Assembly: GCA_900546055.1 (NCBI GenBank)
Contig: URBG01000003.1
Location: forward strand, 27,146 to 59,145
Direction: 5' to 3'
Length of the DNA: 32,000 nucleotides
Source: an uncultured Mycoplasmatota bacterium
Lineage (GTDB): Bacteria; Bacillota_I; Bacilli_A; RF39; UBA660
Below the pieces are notes generated by a model that was not told the DNA's origin, did not search any database, and saw nothing but the letters and a program-made list of their open reading frames with translations. This document shows, piece after piece, positions 1-10,132 of the stretch. The translations under genes were made by a program, and so were the position numbers. The first letter of the stretch is position 1; every line of letters starts with the position of its first letter.

Positions 1-291
1 GCTAAATATACGGGCGCTCGTGGTAAGAGTGGTGCTAGTGATGCAAATGCTGAATTTGTTGCTTATGTTAGGAACATTTTGGAAAGTAATAATTTACTTT
101 ATCAAATGTCTGATATGGGAAAAGTTGATGAAGGTGGCGGTGGAACGATTGCTTATATTTTGGCAAATAAAGGAATCGATGTTATCGATTGTGGCGTTCC
201 AGTTTTATCAATGCATGCTCCTTATGAAGTTACTAATAAATTTGATATTTATAATGCCTATCAATTTTATAAAGCATTTTATGAAAATTAG
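1..291 (+). CDS. M18-family aminopeptidase, C-terminal fragment (5' end lies outside the window)
   Basis: Frame 1 is open from base 1 to the TAG at 289-291. The tail ...GGGGTIAYILANKGIDVIDCGVPVLSMHAPYEV... resembles the conserved C-terminus of M18 aminopeptidases as I remember it. Confidence 0.65.
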   Translation, partial: AKYTGARGKSGASDANAEFVAYVRNILESNNLLYQMSDMGKVDEGGGGTIAYILANKGIDVIDCGVPVLSMHAPYEVTNKFDIYNAYQFYKAFYEN

Positions 292-310
292 AGCGAGAGC
301 TCTTTTTTTA
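290..310 (+). terminator. Rho-independent terminator
   Basis: AGAGC-GAGA-GCTCT hairpin (290-303) followed by a T7 run. Confidence 0.5.
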
Positions 311-387
311 AATAAAATTTTGAAAATTTTGTCATAAATAGATTTATTTTGTGAAATATGGTAAAATTAATAACAGAGGTGAGTTTC

Positions 388-1464
388 ATGGGGGAAGAAG
401 CAATTACAAGAATCTTTCTAATGATTATAACAACATTTTTATTTGTAGCTTTTGCAATGCCTTTTGTAAAAAAGTTGGCTTTTCATATCGGAGCACTAGA
501 TATACCAAGATCTGAAGAAGGACATAGACACATTCATAAAAAAACAACACCAAAACTTGGCGGGTTGGCAATGTTTTTGGGCTTTTTGTTTAGCTATATG
601 ATTTTTGGTGAGCCTAGTGGGACGATGAATTCAATTTTAATTGGTAGTTTTATAATTGTACTTACGGGAATAATTGACGATATTCATTCAATAAAGGCTT
701 CAGTTAAATTTGCTGGTCAAGTGATGGCAGCGGCTGTAATAACATTTTATGGTGGAATACTATTACAAGATTTAAGCGCTTTCGGATTTTATGTCGACTT
801 TGGAATACTTGCTTATCCAATAACAATTTTCTTTATAGTAGCTTGTATTAACTGTGTTAATTTGATCGATGGCTTAGATGGTTTATCTGGAGGAATTAGT
901 GCGATTTACTTTTTAACAATCGGTATTATTGCGGCTATTATGGGAAGCATGGGACTAGATGTTACATTAACATTTATAATGTTTGGAGCAGTATTAGGGT
1001 TTTTAGTTCATAATTTTCATCCGGCGACAATATTTGCTGGTGATTCAGGCTCTATGTTTATGGGATTTATGATTGCAGTTATTTCTTTATTAGGATTTAA
1101 AAATGTAACATTAACTTCATTAATAATTCCTCTTCTTATTTTGGCAATTCCAATTTTGGATACTTTCTTTGCTATTTTAAGAAGAAAGTTAAAGGGCGAG
1201 AGTATTTCAACTCCCGACAAATCACATATTCATCATCAAATATTAAATATGCATTTTTCTTATAGAACATCAGTATTAATAATTTATGGTATTCAAGGCT
1301 TATTTGCGATTGCGTCAATTGTATATGTGCTACAAGATAGAACCCTTGGTTATATTATATATACAATTTTAGTAATTATAGTAATGCTTTTGGTTTTAAA
1401 AACGGATGTTGTATTTAACCATGAAGATTTAGAAAAAAAATTAAAAAAAGGATCAAAAAAGTAA
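388..1464 (+). CDS. tagO: Glycosyltransferase family 4, undecaprenyl-phosphate GlcNAc-1-phosphate transferase (TagO/WecA-like)
   Basis: ATG 388 follows a GAGGTGA RBS. The protein is polytopic membrane with IIDDIHS, NLIDGLDGL and FAGDSGSMFMG motifs typical of the MraY/WecA superfamily. Its size (~358 aa) fits TagO/WecA better than MraY. Confidence 0.8.
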   Translation: MGEEAITRIFLMIITTFLFVAFAMPFVKKLAFHIGALDIPRSEEGHRHIHKKTTPKLGGLAMFLGFLFSYMIFGEPSGTMNSILIGSFIIVLTGIIDDIHSIKASVKFAGQVMAAAVITFYGGILLQDLSAFGFYVDFGILAYPITIFFIVACINCVNLIDGLDGLSGGISAIYFLTIGIIAAIMGSMGLDVTLTFIMFGAVLGFLVHNFHPATIFAGDSGSMFMGFMIAVISLLGFKNVTLTSLIIPLLILAIPILDTFFAILRRKLKGESISTPDKSHIHHQILNMHFSYRTSVLIIYGIQGLFAIASIVYVLQDRTLGYIIYTILVIIVMLLVLKTDVVFNHEDLEKKLKKGSKK

Positions 1465-1518
1465 TTATGCGGTATGCATAATTTTTTTTATTTAATTCAT
1501 AATAAAAATGGTGATTTT

Positions 1519-2238
1519 ATGGAAACAAACTGGATAGAAGTTGGCGATGTGGTAATAAGAGCGATAGTTTCTTTATTTACTCTATTTTTAGTAACTAAGC
1601 TACTTGGAAAAAAACAAGTGTCACAGCTTAGTTTATTCGATTATGTAATTGGAATATCAATTGGTAACTTTGCGGCAGAAATGACAATCAATGTTGATTC
1701 ACAGTATATGAATGGAACGGTGGCGGTTTTAGTCTTTGGGTTAGTGGCTTATATAGTCTCTTTGCTGACGATGAAGAGTATTCATTTAAGACGTTTTTTC
1801 ATGGGAAGACCAACTTTATTAATTCAAGATGGTAAAATGTTGATGAAGGGTTTAAAAAAAGTGAAATTTGATGTTAATGATATGCTTGAAGAATGTCGTG
1901 GTAATGGATATTTTGACATTAGCGAAATTGCTTATGCAGTCATGGAAGCCAATGGTAAAATTAGTATTTTACCTAAAAGTGAATATAGACAGCCAACTTT
2001 AAAAGACTTAAATATTAAAGGTCAAAGGGCTGGGTTATGTGCGAACGTAATTATCGATGGGAAATTAATGCAGGATGCAATAAATAATATGCATATTGAT
2101 GAGAATTGGGTTTTACATGAATTAAAAGTTCAAGGTAAGAAAATTGATAATGTATTGCTCGCTACTTTGGATGATAACCAGAAATTAGTAGTTTACGAAA
2201 AAAATGTCAACCAAGAAATAGAAGATGTTTTAGAATAG
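1519..2238 (+). CDS. DUF421 (YetF-like) membrane protein
   Basis: N-terminal TM helices followed by a soluble C-terminal domain (RPTLLIQDGKML...NGYFDISEIAYAVMEANGKISILPK), typical of YetF/DUF421. Start chosen at METNW. Confidence 0.7.
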   Translation: METNWIEVGDVVIRAIVSLFTLFLVTKLLGKKQVSQLSLFDYVIGISIGNFAAEMTINVDSQYMNGTVAVLVFGLVAYIVSLLTMKSIHLRRFFMGRPTLLIQDGKMLMKGLKKVKFDVNDMLEECRGNGYFDISEIAYAVMEANGKISILPKSEYRQPTLKDLNIKGQRAGLCANVIIDGKLMQDAINNMHIDENWVLHELKVQGKKIDNVLLATLDDNQKLVVYEKNVNQEIEDVLE

Positions 2239-2282
2239 ACAACAATATTAGTTATTTGTTATACTAAATGTTGGTGATAGAT

Positions 2283-2720
2283 ATGGCAAGACATTTTTGT
2301 GCATCAGCATTTGTAATTAATCCAAAGAATAAAAAAATATTATTAGTGAAGCATCACTTATTTGATAAATGGGTACAACCTGGAGGGCATATCGAAGATG
2401 ATGAGACTCCAGAAGAAGCAGCTGCTCGTGAAGTTTTTGAAGAAACAGGAATCAGAATTAAATTAATTGGTGAACGCTTTCCAAGGGAAGATGATATGAT
2501 TAGGCCGCTTGGAATTCAATGCAACCGCAAAGATAATGGTGATAAGCACTTTGATATTATTTATGCAGCTATTCCAAATAATGGTGATGCCGATTTAATT
2601 GTAAGTGATGAAAGTACGGGAATTGGATGGTTTTCAAGAAACGAACTTGAAAATTTACCGATATTTCCTGACGTAAAGATTACAATGGATTATATTTTAA
2701 AAAACTATTTTAGTAGTTAA
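2283..2720 (+). CDS. NUDIX hydrolase
   Basis: Canonical Nudix box GGHIEDDETPEEAAAREVFEETGI. GGTGA RBS lies before ATG 2283. Confidence 0.9.
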   Translation: MARHFCASAFVINPKNKKILLVKHHLFDKWVQPGGHIEDDETPEEAAAREVFEETGIRIKLIGERFPREDDMIRPLGIQCNRKDNGDKHFDIIYAAIPNNGDADLIVSDESTGIGWFSRNELENLPIFPDVKITMDYILKNYFSS

Positions 2721-2750
2721 AAAGTACTTCAAGTTTGAAGTACTTTTTTA
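2721..2750. terminator. Bidirectional rho-independent terminator between convergent genes
   Basis: AGTACTTCAA-GT-TTGAAGTACT hairpin (2723-2744) flanked by an A-run and a T-run. Confidence 0.6.
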
Positions 2751-3767
2751 ACGAATAATACCAGTAAAAACTAGAACTAAGAATAAAAGGTAGAAGGCAC
2801 CGCAAGTAAGTAGCATTTTTACAGTCATATGGCCTTTAGCTTTTAATTCAAAAAGTAGCAAACTAGCTGATGTTATTGCAATAATAGATGAAAGAATAGT
2901 TCCAGCGCTAGTTAATGACCAGTCAGTTAGCAGGATACCAATACCAGGAAGAATAGAAGCTTGAAACATCATGGCCCCAGTTATATTTCCTAAAGCAAGG
3001 GTATCTTTTTCTCTAGATATCCAAATAACGCTATTAAATTTTTCTGGAAGTTCGGTAGCAATAGGTGTTATGATAATAGCAAGGACAAATGCTGGAATGT
3101 GTAAAAGTGCTGAAATATAACTAATTGAATCAACAAATTTTTCTGCTCCGATAATAATTAGAGTTAGAGCAAGGACTGCTTGAATGACAACAAGGATAAT
3201 GACATTTTTATGTTTCATTACTTTTTTACTGTGGAAAGAAAAATATAAATCTGGCAAGTCACTATCTTCTTCTCTAGTTTCTTTAACTAATTTTAAAATA
3301 TATACAAAGTAGCTTAAAAATAAAACGAACGCTAAGAAAATTTTAAGACTTTTAAGAGTCTCTGGTAATAGTCCACAACCTAGGGCTATAAGAAAGGCAA
3401 AAATGAAAAATTTTAAGTCATGTGAGATATTTTCGGTATTAACCATTACTTTATCGTGATGTTTTCTTTTTTTCTTAAAGGCAATAACAGCGCATCCTGT
3501 TACGAACATAGTTAAGGTTGAAAGCATAAGTGGTGCACCTAAGATTGCTCCAATTCCAATTTCACTTGCGTGTTCACTATTACCTGATAATAGTGCGATG
3601 ATTGGGATTAGGGTTTCTGGTAGAGCGGTACCAATGGCGGCTAAAACCGATCCAACAGCCCCTTCTGATAGCTTTAATAGTTTACCTAACCATTCAATAG
3701 CGTTTACAAATAATTCAGCTGCAATTAAGATAATTATTAAACTTATGAATAACATAATAAATTCCAT
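2748..3767 (-). CDS. Ca2+/cation antiporter (CaCA family, YrbG-like)
   Basis: About 10 TM segments and two alpha-repeat signatures, GTALPE and ATELPE. AAGGTGA RBS lies before the start at 3767. Confidence 0.75.
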   Translation of the reverse strand: MEFIMLFISLIIILIAAELFVNAIEWLGKLLKLSEGAVGSVLAAIGTALPETLIPIIALLSGNSEHASEIGIGAILGAPLMLSTLTMFVTGCAVIAFKKKRKHHDKVMVNTENISHDLKFFIFAFLIALGCGLLPETLKSLKIFLAFVLFLSYFVYILKLVKETREEDSDLPDLYFSFHSKKVMKHKNVIILVVIQAVLALTLIIIGAEKFVDSISYISALLHIPAFVLAIIITPIATELPEKFNSVIWISREKDTLALGNITGAMMFQASILPGIGILLTDWSLTSAGTILSSIIAITSASLLLFELKAKGHMTVKMLLTCGAFYLLFLVLVFTGIIR

Positions 3768-3826
3768 ATTTTATCACCTTTTTCATAATACTCTTGTTTT
3801 AAATTTTAGTCAATAAAATAAACTCT

Positions 3827-4462
3827 TTATTTTAAGAGTTTATCTATTTCTTTATTAATTCTATTGTTTAATTTTCTTTTAGTTTTATTAATAGTTTTTT
3901 TGCGATATTTTTTGCTGAAGATACAAAGAATAATTATAAGTATTAATAGGGCGCCGGCAATATAATATTCGGTATAGTCTTCTTTATATTCTCCCCATAT
4001 TCCTATCTTATCTTTTTTTGCTTGTTTTTCTAATTGTTGAAGATCAGGGGTATATTTATAATCGTCATATAAATAAGCAACTTTGGCAAGACCATTTTCA
4101 ATTAGTTTTCCTTGTAAAAGTTCGCCATCGACAAAAACCCAGGCTAAAGTGCGATCATATTTATCAGTTTTATCACTGTTTGGATCATATTCTAGTTTAA
4201 TCTTTTTGGCTTTTTTTAATTCATTACATGTGTAATTGCTGGCTTCTTTACCAAATGGTTCTTCACCTTTAGTTGGATGTTTGGTTTCAGGGGTATCAAT
4301 GGCTAGAAATCTAACTTTAGTTTCTTTGTTATCTACAGTAAAAGTTGCGGTATCGCCGTCGACACATTTACTTAATTTTATTTCCTGATCTTGAGCGTTT
4401 ACAAGACTGATACTAGTTAAAAAGCAGATAGCTATGCTGATAATTATTTTGCTTGTTTTCAT
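3827..4462 (-). CDS. Secreted or membrane-anchored thermonuclease (SNase fold)
   Basis: Signal peptide, then VDGDTATFTV...VRFLAIDTPE...EPFGKEAS...DRTLAWVF motifs of staphylococcal-nuclease homologues. C-terminal TM helix plus a Lys-rich tail. Confidence 0.85.
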   Translation of the reverse strand: MKTSKIIISIAICFLTSISLVNAQDQEIKLSKCVDGDTATFTVDNKETKVRFLAIDTPETKHPTKGEEPFGKEASNYTCNELKKAKKIKLEYDPNSDKTDKYDRTLAWVFVDGELLQGKLIENGLAKVAYLYDDYKYTPDLQQLEKQAKKDKIGIWGEYKEDYTEYYIAGALLILIIILCIFSKKYRKKTINKTKRKLNNRINKEIDKLLK

Positions 4463-4532
4463 ATTTTTACCTCACTATACTATTATACAAAAAAATATGA
4501 TAAAATCCTAGTTAATATTAAAAAAGACAACT

Positions 4533-7076
4533 TTATATGTTGTCATTTCTAATGGTTTCGATAATATTTTGTTTGTTAATTTTGTTAACAGAATATTTCA
4601 TAGTAATACTAATAATTAAAAGAACAAAAACGGTAGAAATTATAATAGCACTCCATGGTAGCACGTAGGGAACTTCAATTGAATTTTTGAAGACAGTATA
4701 TATTATGTAAGAGAGAATAATACCGATTGGAATGCCAATTAATAATGATTTTAGTCCATATAGAATACTTTCTAATCTTATCATACTATTAAATTCTTTT
4801 TTAGTCATACCAACTGATTTTAACATAGCAAATTCTTTGCTTCTTAGAATCATATTAGTTGTAATGGTATTAAAGATATTAGTGACACCAATTAATGTAA
4901 TTACAGTTATAAAACTATAAAGAAAGATAGAAACAACTAATATCATCGCACTTTGGGCTTTTTGTTCTTCTTCAATATTTATATAGGCAGTATTTTTATA
5001 GCTTTCATTATTTTTAGCTAATTCTTTTAAAGTTGCTGCTAATTTTTCAGTATCATTACTATATAGGGTTATTTCGTTAATAAAATATTCATCGAATATT
5101 TTTTCAAAAGTTTTATTATCAACGACAATAGTAGGGGTACCAATATTTTCAAGACCAATCATGCGTTTGTTAGTTTTCTTTATGATTTCTAGATTATAGT
5201 TTTTATCAGGTGTATTTTTTTCTGATATTTTTATGTTTATTGTATCGCCTTCATTTATTTTAGTAGCTGAAGATTCAACATATTTTTCATTAGTATATTC
5301 CATGTAAGTATCAAACAAGATACCTTTGTTTTCAAGATTTTTATTATCAAGTCCGAGTTTTTTTAGATAATCGTTATATACGTTACTCTCCACAGACATA
5401 ATGCTTATATATTTTTCATTTTCTATATTTTCTCCTTGGTGGTTAGCGAGAAATCCATCGGTAAGATATTTAGTGGAGATAATGGCGCTGTTACTTTTAA
5501 TTAAAGAGTATTTATCAACGCTTTCTAAATCTTTTATAGCTTTTAAATTTTTGTATGTTTCATCATTAGTCGATTGTCCTTCTTCATAGACAACGAAATT
5601 ATAGTCAAGATTTTTATAGTATACGCCAGTTAGCTTAAATCCGTATTGAATAAATGAAGCTAAAGCAATAAAAATAGAGACGCTAATGACAATAGAAATA
5701 ACAGTTGTGCGATATTTCTTTTTGTTTCTTTTTAGGTTTTTGTATGAAATTTCGCCACCGATTTTAAAGATTTTTTTGAACCATTTAGGAGTTTTTAATT
5801 TTTTAGATTTTATTTTGATATCATTTGAACTTCTAATGGCATCAATTGGTGATATTTTAGCGGCTTTTCTAGCTGGAATTATGCTAGATAGGAAAATAGT
5901 CAGACTAGCAATAATTATTGAAATTAAAATTGGAACTAGAGGTACTGAATAAATAAAAGTTATACCGTTTAAATAGTCAGCCACAATCATGTTAATAATC
6001 CAAAGGACGATGGCAATTGCCACTATTCCTAATAAAATACCTAGAGGAATTCCAATTATGCCTAGGATAAATCCTTCAAATAGAACGTTTCGCTTTATTT
6101 GTTTACTGGTAGCACCAACACTGGCAAACATGCCATATTGTTTAGTTCTTTCGGTTATTGAAATACTGAAGCTATTTTTGATAACAAAGATACTGGAAAC
6201 TACAATGATGGAAATGATAATAGCTGATAAACCATATATAAAGGAAATAGTACTATCGCTAAAGCTGGCCCCTTCCCATCTTAATAGTTCAGAGTTTGTA
6301 GAGTATTCGTATTTAACTTTGTCAACTTTTTTGATGTCACCGGAGATTTCTTTGATCATGTTTTTGTATTCTCTTGGATTTTTACAAAGAACAGACACGT
6401 TTAATTTTTCTTTATCTGTTTCTAGATAAGTAATACTAGTATATCCAGCGTCAGAATATTTTTCGCTAGGAATTCTATCAATTATACCAACAATGGTATA
6501 TTCTTTTGTTTTAGTGTTTATAAGGTTTTCTTTTATTAGTTCGCCATTTTCGTTAAATGGATTATTTTCTTGGGTAAGAATTTTTCCATCTTTTTCACGG
6601 CTTCCAACTTCTAATTTAATTTTTTGACCTATCTTCACATTTAAGATTTCATTATAAATAACAGATCTAGGAATAACAATTTCATTTTCATTTTTTGGCA
6701 TTCTGCCTTTTGTTAAATTAATGGCACTATTATCTAATGCATCTTGATCATAGGCCATGATATATAGATATGGTTTACCATTATTTTCTTTGATGTTTAA
6801 TTTAGCATATCCAATTTCAGCGCTTATAAATGAAGAGGCTGTTTTTTTATTTTGTGTTATATATTTAGTTTCTTCTTTTGGAACGTTATTAAAGGTTATA
6901 TGATAGTTTCCATCAGATTGTCTAGCGTGTTCAGCTAAAGTTTTTTGAAAACTTGTAACCATACCAGCAACTGCACAAATTAGAGCGGTTGAAAGCATAA
7001 TTCCAATTATCGTTACGATAGTTCTCTTTTTATTTAGTTTAAGGTTTTTGATAGTTAGCTTATTTAAGATGTTCAT
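4533..7076 (-). CDS. ABC transporter permease, double FtsX domain (MacB/BceB-like)
   Basis: 847 aa with two 4-TM FtsX-type blocks, each preceded by a large extracytoplasmic domain. Sits immediately downstream of the ATPase gene. Confidence 0.8.
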   Translation of the reverse strand: MNILNKLTIKNLKLNKKRTIVTIIGIMLSTALICAVAGMVTSFQKTLAEHARQSDGNYHITFNNVPKEETKYITQNKKTASSFISAEIGYAKLNIKENNGKPYLYIMAYDQDALDNSAINLTKGRMPKNENEIVIPRSVIYNEILNVKIGQKIKLEVGSREKDGKILTQENNPFNENGELIKENLINTKTKEYTIVGIIDRIPSEKYSDAGYTSITYLETDKEKLNVSVLCKNPREYKNMIKEISGDIKKVDKVKYEYSTNSELLRWEGASFSDSTISFIYGLSAIIISIIVVSSIFVIKNSFSISITERTKQYGMFASVGATSKQIKRNVLFEGFILGIIGIPLGILLGIVAIAIVLWIINMIVADYLNGITFIYSVPLVPILISIIIASLTIFLSSIIPARKAAKISPIDAIRSSNDIKIKSKKLKTPKWFKKIFKIGGEISYKNLKRNKKKYRTTVISIVISVSIFIALASFIQYGFKLTGVYYKNLDYNFVVYEEGQSTNDETYKNLKAIKDLESVDKYSLIKSNSAIISTKYLTDGFLANHQGENIENEKYISIMSVESNVYNDYLKKLGLDNKNLENKGILFDTYMEYTNEKYVESSATKINEGDTINIKISEKNTPDKNYNLEIIKKTNKRMIGLENIGTPTIVVDNKTFEKIFDEYFINEITLYSNDTEKLAATLKELAKNNESYKNTAYINIEEEQKAQSAMILVVSIFLYSFITVITLIGVTNIFNTITTNMILRSKEFAMLKSVGMTKKEFNSMIRLESILYGLKSLLIGIPIGIILSYIIYTVFKNSIEVPYVLPWSAIIISTVFVLLIISITMKYSVNKINKQNIIETIRNDNI

Positions 7077-7078
7077 GA

Positions 7079-7756
7079 CTAATTCCTCTCATCTTTAATA
7101 ATTTTACCGTCTTCAATAGTTATGATACGATCAGCTTCTTTAGCTATTTCAATATCGTGAGTGATAATGATAACGGTTTGATTAAACTTTTTATTAGAGA
7201 GCTTTAATAACGATATTATTTCTTCACTAGCTTTTGAATCGAGGTTACCAGTTGGCTCGTCAGCAAGAATGATTGCAGGATTATTAATGATTGCTCTTCC
7301 AATTGAAACTCTTTGTTGTTGGCCACCGGATAATTCGTTAGGCAAGTGATTTTTTCTGTTTTCAAGACCTAGAGTTTTAACAACTTCATCTAGACGGGTT
7401 TTGGGTACTTCTTTCCCATCTAATTCACAAGGTAAACAAATGTTTTCGGTAACGTTTAATATTGGTATAAGGTTATAAAATTGATAAATAAGACCAATTT
7501 GACGTCTTCTGAAGATGGCTAAGTTATCATTGTTTAAAGAATAAATGTCTTCACCATCTATGTATACTTTTCCACTTGTTGGACGATCGACTCCGCCAAG
7601 AAGATGAAGAAGGGTACTCTTTCCACTACCTGATGAGCCTATTACGGCAATAAATTCTCCTTTTTCAGCTTTAAATGATATATTGTTAACAGCGTGAATT
7701 TGATTTTCACCTTTTCCATATGTTTTGGTTAAATTTTCTACTTTTAATATTTCCAT
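7079..7756 (-). CDS. ABC transporter ATP-binding protein
   Basis: Walker A GSSGSGKST, signature LSGGQQQR, Walker B ILADEPT. ATG 7756 (MEILKV) follows an AGGAA RBS; the annotated upstream TTG extension is unlikely. Confidence 0.9.
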   Translation of the reverse strand: MEILKVENLTKTYGKGENQIHAVNNISFKAEKGEFIAVIGSSGSGKSTLLHLLGGVDRPTSGKVYIDGEDIYSLNNDNLAIFRRRQIGLIYQFYNLIPILNVTENICLPCELDGKEVPKTRLDEVVKTLGLENRKNHLPNELSGGQQQRVSIGRAIINNPAIILADEPTGNLDSKASEEIISLLKLSNKKFNQTVIIITHDIEIAKEADRIITIEDGKIIKDERN

Positions 7757-7847
7757 ATTATCGTTTCCTTTCAAGTTAAGTATACAAAGTTAAAATGACT
7801 TTTAAGTGACTAGTTATAAAAAAGTAAACTTGCATGTTTACTTCTTG

Positions 7848-9077
7848 TTATTTCTGGTTTTTCATATATTTAATGGTGAATGTAGTTCCTTTGTTTTCTT
7901 TTGATTCACAGGTTATATAACCGTCACCTTTTTCAATAATGGTTTTAGCTAGTGATAGACCGATGCCAATGCTGGTTTCACTGGCGTTTTGACCTTTGTA
8001 AAATCGTTTAAAAATGTTTTTTAAATCAGATTTATTCATACCTTTACCGTTATCTTTAATGGTTATTTTAGTATAGAAATTATTATCTTCATAATCGATG
8101 TTTACTTTTTGATTTGTGGTGCTATGTTCTAAACTGTTTTTTACTATATTTGTCAAGGCTTCTACTTGCCAGTTAAAATCGCCAATAAAGAAAACATCAT
8201 TATCCTTATCAATGGATATTTCAACTTCTTGAAGTTCAGCAGTGATATCTAGATTATCCTTAACTTTATTTAATAGATCTTTAACGTTGATTTTATCTTT
8301 TCGAAGATTAATAACACCGGCGTCAAATCTTGCAAGCTTTAATAATGATATAACTAAAAAGTTAATCCATTCTATTTGCTTGGATATTTCTTTAAGAAAG
8401 TCTTTTCTAGTTGCTTCAGACATTGTACTATCGTTTTGAATATTATCAATCATGATGCTCATAGAGGTTAAAGGAGTTTTTAATTGATGTGATATATTAG
8501 ATACGGCATCAGAGATCATAATTTTTTCATTAGTTGAATTATTGGCCTCTTCCTTTAGCATAACAGTTATTTTATAAAGTTCATTTTTTAAGTTGCTCAG
8601 TTCGCCTTCTTCATTATCTTTAATTTTTAAAGTATAGTCTTTACGATTAATAGCTGAAATATAATTGTTTATTTCTTTTATTTTACGATCGCGATAAAGA
8701 AGATAAACAATGAAAATTGTTAAGAGAATAATACCAAATAAAATTATGATAATAGTATTTATGATTAAATTTTGATGCATAGTATTATCTAATTTAGTTA
8801 AAACGCTGTAGTTTTGATCAACACCATATTTACTAAGAATATCAGTATTAGATTTTAAATTTGGATTGTTAAAAATTGCGATGAGGTCTTCTTCTTTGAT
8901 ATTAGGGTAGTCTTTTTTTATTGTCTGGATAATGTTTTCAAAAGCGACGTTAATGTCTTTTTTATAGTTATTATATTGGATTGTACTTATGATTGAAAAT
9001 ATTATAGAACTTAAAATGATAATAATAATAGCTATAAAAATTAGAAAATTTATTTTATCTTTTTTCATTACTTTCAT
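7848..9077 (-). CDS. Sensor histidine kinase
   Basis: Two N-terminal TM helices, H-box SHQLKTPLT, and the G-boxes DNGKGM and GIGLSLA. The start overlaps the regulator's stop (ATGA). Confidence 0.85.
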   Translation of the reverse strand: MKVMKKDKINFLIFIAIIIIILSSIIFSIISTIQYNNYKKDINVAFENIIQTIKKDYPNIKEEDLIAIFNNPNLKSNTDILSKYGVDQNYSVLTKLDNTMHQNLIINTIIIILFGIILLTIFIVYLLYRDRKIKEINNYISAINRKDYTLKIKDNEEGELSNLKNELYKITVMLKEEANNSTNEKIMISDAVSNISHQLKTPLTSMSIMIDNIQNDSTMSEATRKDFLKEISKQIEWINFLVISLLKLARFDAGVINLRKDKINVKDLLNKVKDNLDITAELQEVEISIDKDNDVFFIGDFNWQVEALTNIVKNSLEHSTTNQKVNIDYEDNNFYTKITIKDNGKGMNKSDLKNIFKRFYKGQNASETSIGIGLSLAKTIIEKGDGYITCESKENKGTTFTIKYMKNQK

Positions 9078-9730
9078 TGACTATCAACTCGGTATCCTAT
9101 AGATTTAATGGTTTTAATAATATCACTATCTAGCTTTGTTCTAATTCTTTTGATATAAACGGTTAAGGTATTGTCATTGACAAATTTGCCAGACATATCC
9201 CAAATTTGACTTAAAATGTCTTCTCTAGTAACAACTTTATCGATATTGGTGAAAAGCATTAAAAGAATTTTATATTCAAGACTTGTAAGAATAATTTCAT
9301 TTTGGTTTTTGAAAACACGGTTACTATTTATATCAATGGTAATGTTTTGGCATTTTATAATATTTTTATTTTCTTTTTTATAACTCTTTAAGGTGCGGTT
9401 TATTCTGGAAATGAGCTCTTTAGTTCTAAAGGGTTTAATTACGTAGTCATCAGCGCCTAGTTCCAAACCTTTAACAACGTCTTCTTCCTCATCTTTTGCG
9501 GTTAAAAAGATAACTGGGATATCTATTTGGTTTTTTATGTATTTGCAAAATTCAAAGCCGTTTCCATCTGGTAAAGTGATATCAAGAATAACGATGTCAG
9601 CGTTTTTTAGTTTTGATTTGGCAACAGTAATGTTGCTGGCAGTATCTACGGTAAAACCTTCAGTGATTAGTGAATATTTTAAGCCTTTAATGATGGATTC
9701 ATTGTCTTCTACTAATAGTATTTTAGACAT
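9074..9730 (-). CDS. OmpR-family response regulator
   Basis: Receiver domain (ILLVEDN...ILDITLPDG...TAKD) plus a winged-helix output domain (LTSLEYKILL...GYRV). AGAGGTGA RBS lies before ATG 9730. Confidence 0.9.
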   Translation of the reverse strand: MSKILLVEDNESIIKGLKYSLITEGFTVDTASNITVAKSKLKNADIVILDITLPDGNGFEFCKYIKNQIDIPVIFLTAKDEEEDVVKGLELGADDYVIKPFRTKELISRINRTLKSYKKENKNIIKCQNITIDINSNRVFKNQNEIILTSLEYKILLMLFTNIDKVVTREDILSQIWDMSGKFVNDNTLTVYIKRIRTKLDSDIIKTIKSIGYRVDSQ

Positions 9731-9792
9731 ATTATCACCTCTTTTGTTATTAATATTATAGCACACAATAATTTATATTTATAAAAAGAAAG

Positions 9793-10020
9793 CTAATTGC
9801 TTTCTTCTAAAAGGTCGGATAACTTTACACCAAGGCAGTCGGCTAAGAGAGCTAATGTTTCAATGGAGATGGTTGCATGAACACTTTTGGCTTCGAGATT
9901 TTTGATAAAGCCATAGGATAAATTAGCGCGACTAGCTAATTGTTCTTGTGTCAAGTTGTTTGCTTTACGGTATTTTTTAATATTCTTACCAATTGTATCA
10001 TAAATATTATTGTTGTTCAT
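9793..10020 (-). CDS. XRE-family HTH transcriptional regulator
   Basis: 75 aa with IKKYRKANNLTQEQLASRANLSYGFIKNLE, a classic Cro/C1 HTH. Confidence 0.8.
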   Translation of the reverse strand: MNNNNIYDTIGKNIKKYRKANNLTQEQLASRANLSYGFIKNLEAKSVHATISIETLALLADCLGVKLSDLLEESN

Positions 10021-10132
10021 GGGACATCGCCTACCTCATATCCATTGTATAATAGATGAGTTGAACAAAAAGTCACATAATAGGTGACTTTTTGGAGAAA
10101 GTATGATAAGATTGAATAAAGGAGGTAGAAAG

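Noticed and set aside
20-337. A 105-aa frame-2 ORF at the window start, and other embedded ORFs (1017-1220, 3598-3816, 8242-8439, 9537-9761, 11415-11786, 15529-15744, 16116-16379, 18039-18254, 20943-21327, 22851-23078, 23657-23932, 26626-26814, 27112-27330, 28140-28409)
   Set aside because: Each overlaps a longer ORF with clear family motifs on the same or the opposite strand. None has a recognisable motif or RBS.
4018-6429. Plus-strand ORFs (4018-4200, 4732-4920, 5401-5589, 5686-5952, 5989-6429) antisense to the nuclease and ABC permease genes
   Set aside because: They lie entirely within well-supported minus-strand genes and have the Ile/Leu/Phe-rich composition typical of antisense frames in AT-rich DNA.
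7079-9730. The ABC transporter plus two-component module as something novel
   Set aside because: The gene order and motifs match the common BceAB/MacB-type peptide-antibiotic sensing and detoxification modules of Firmicutes. This is ordinary accessory content.
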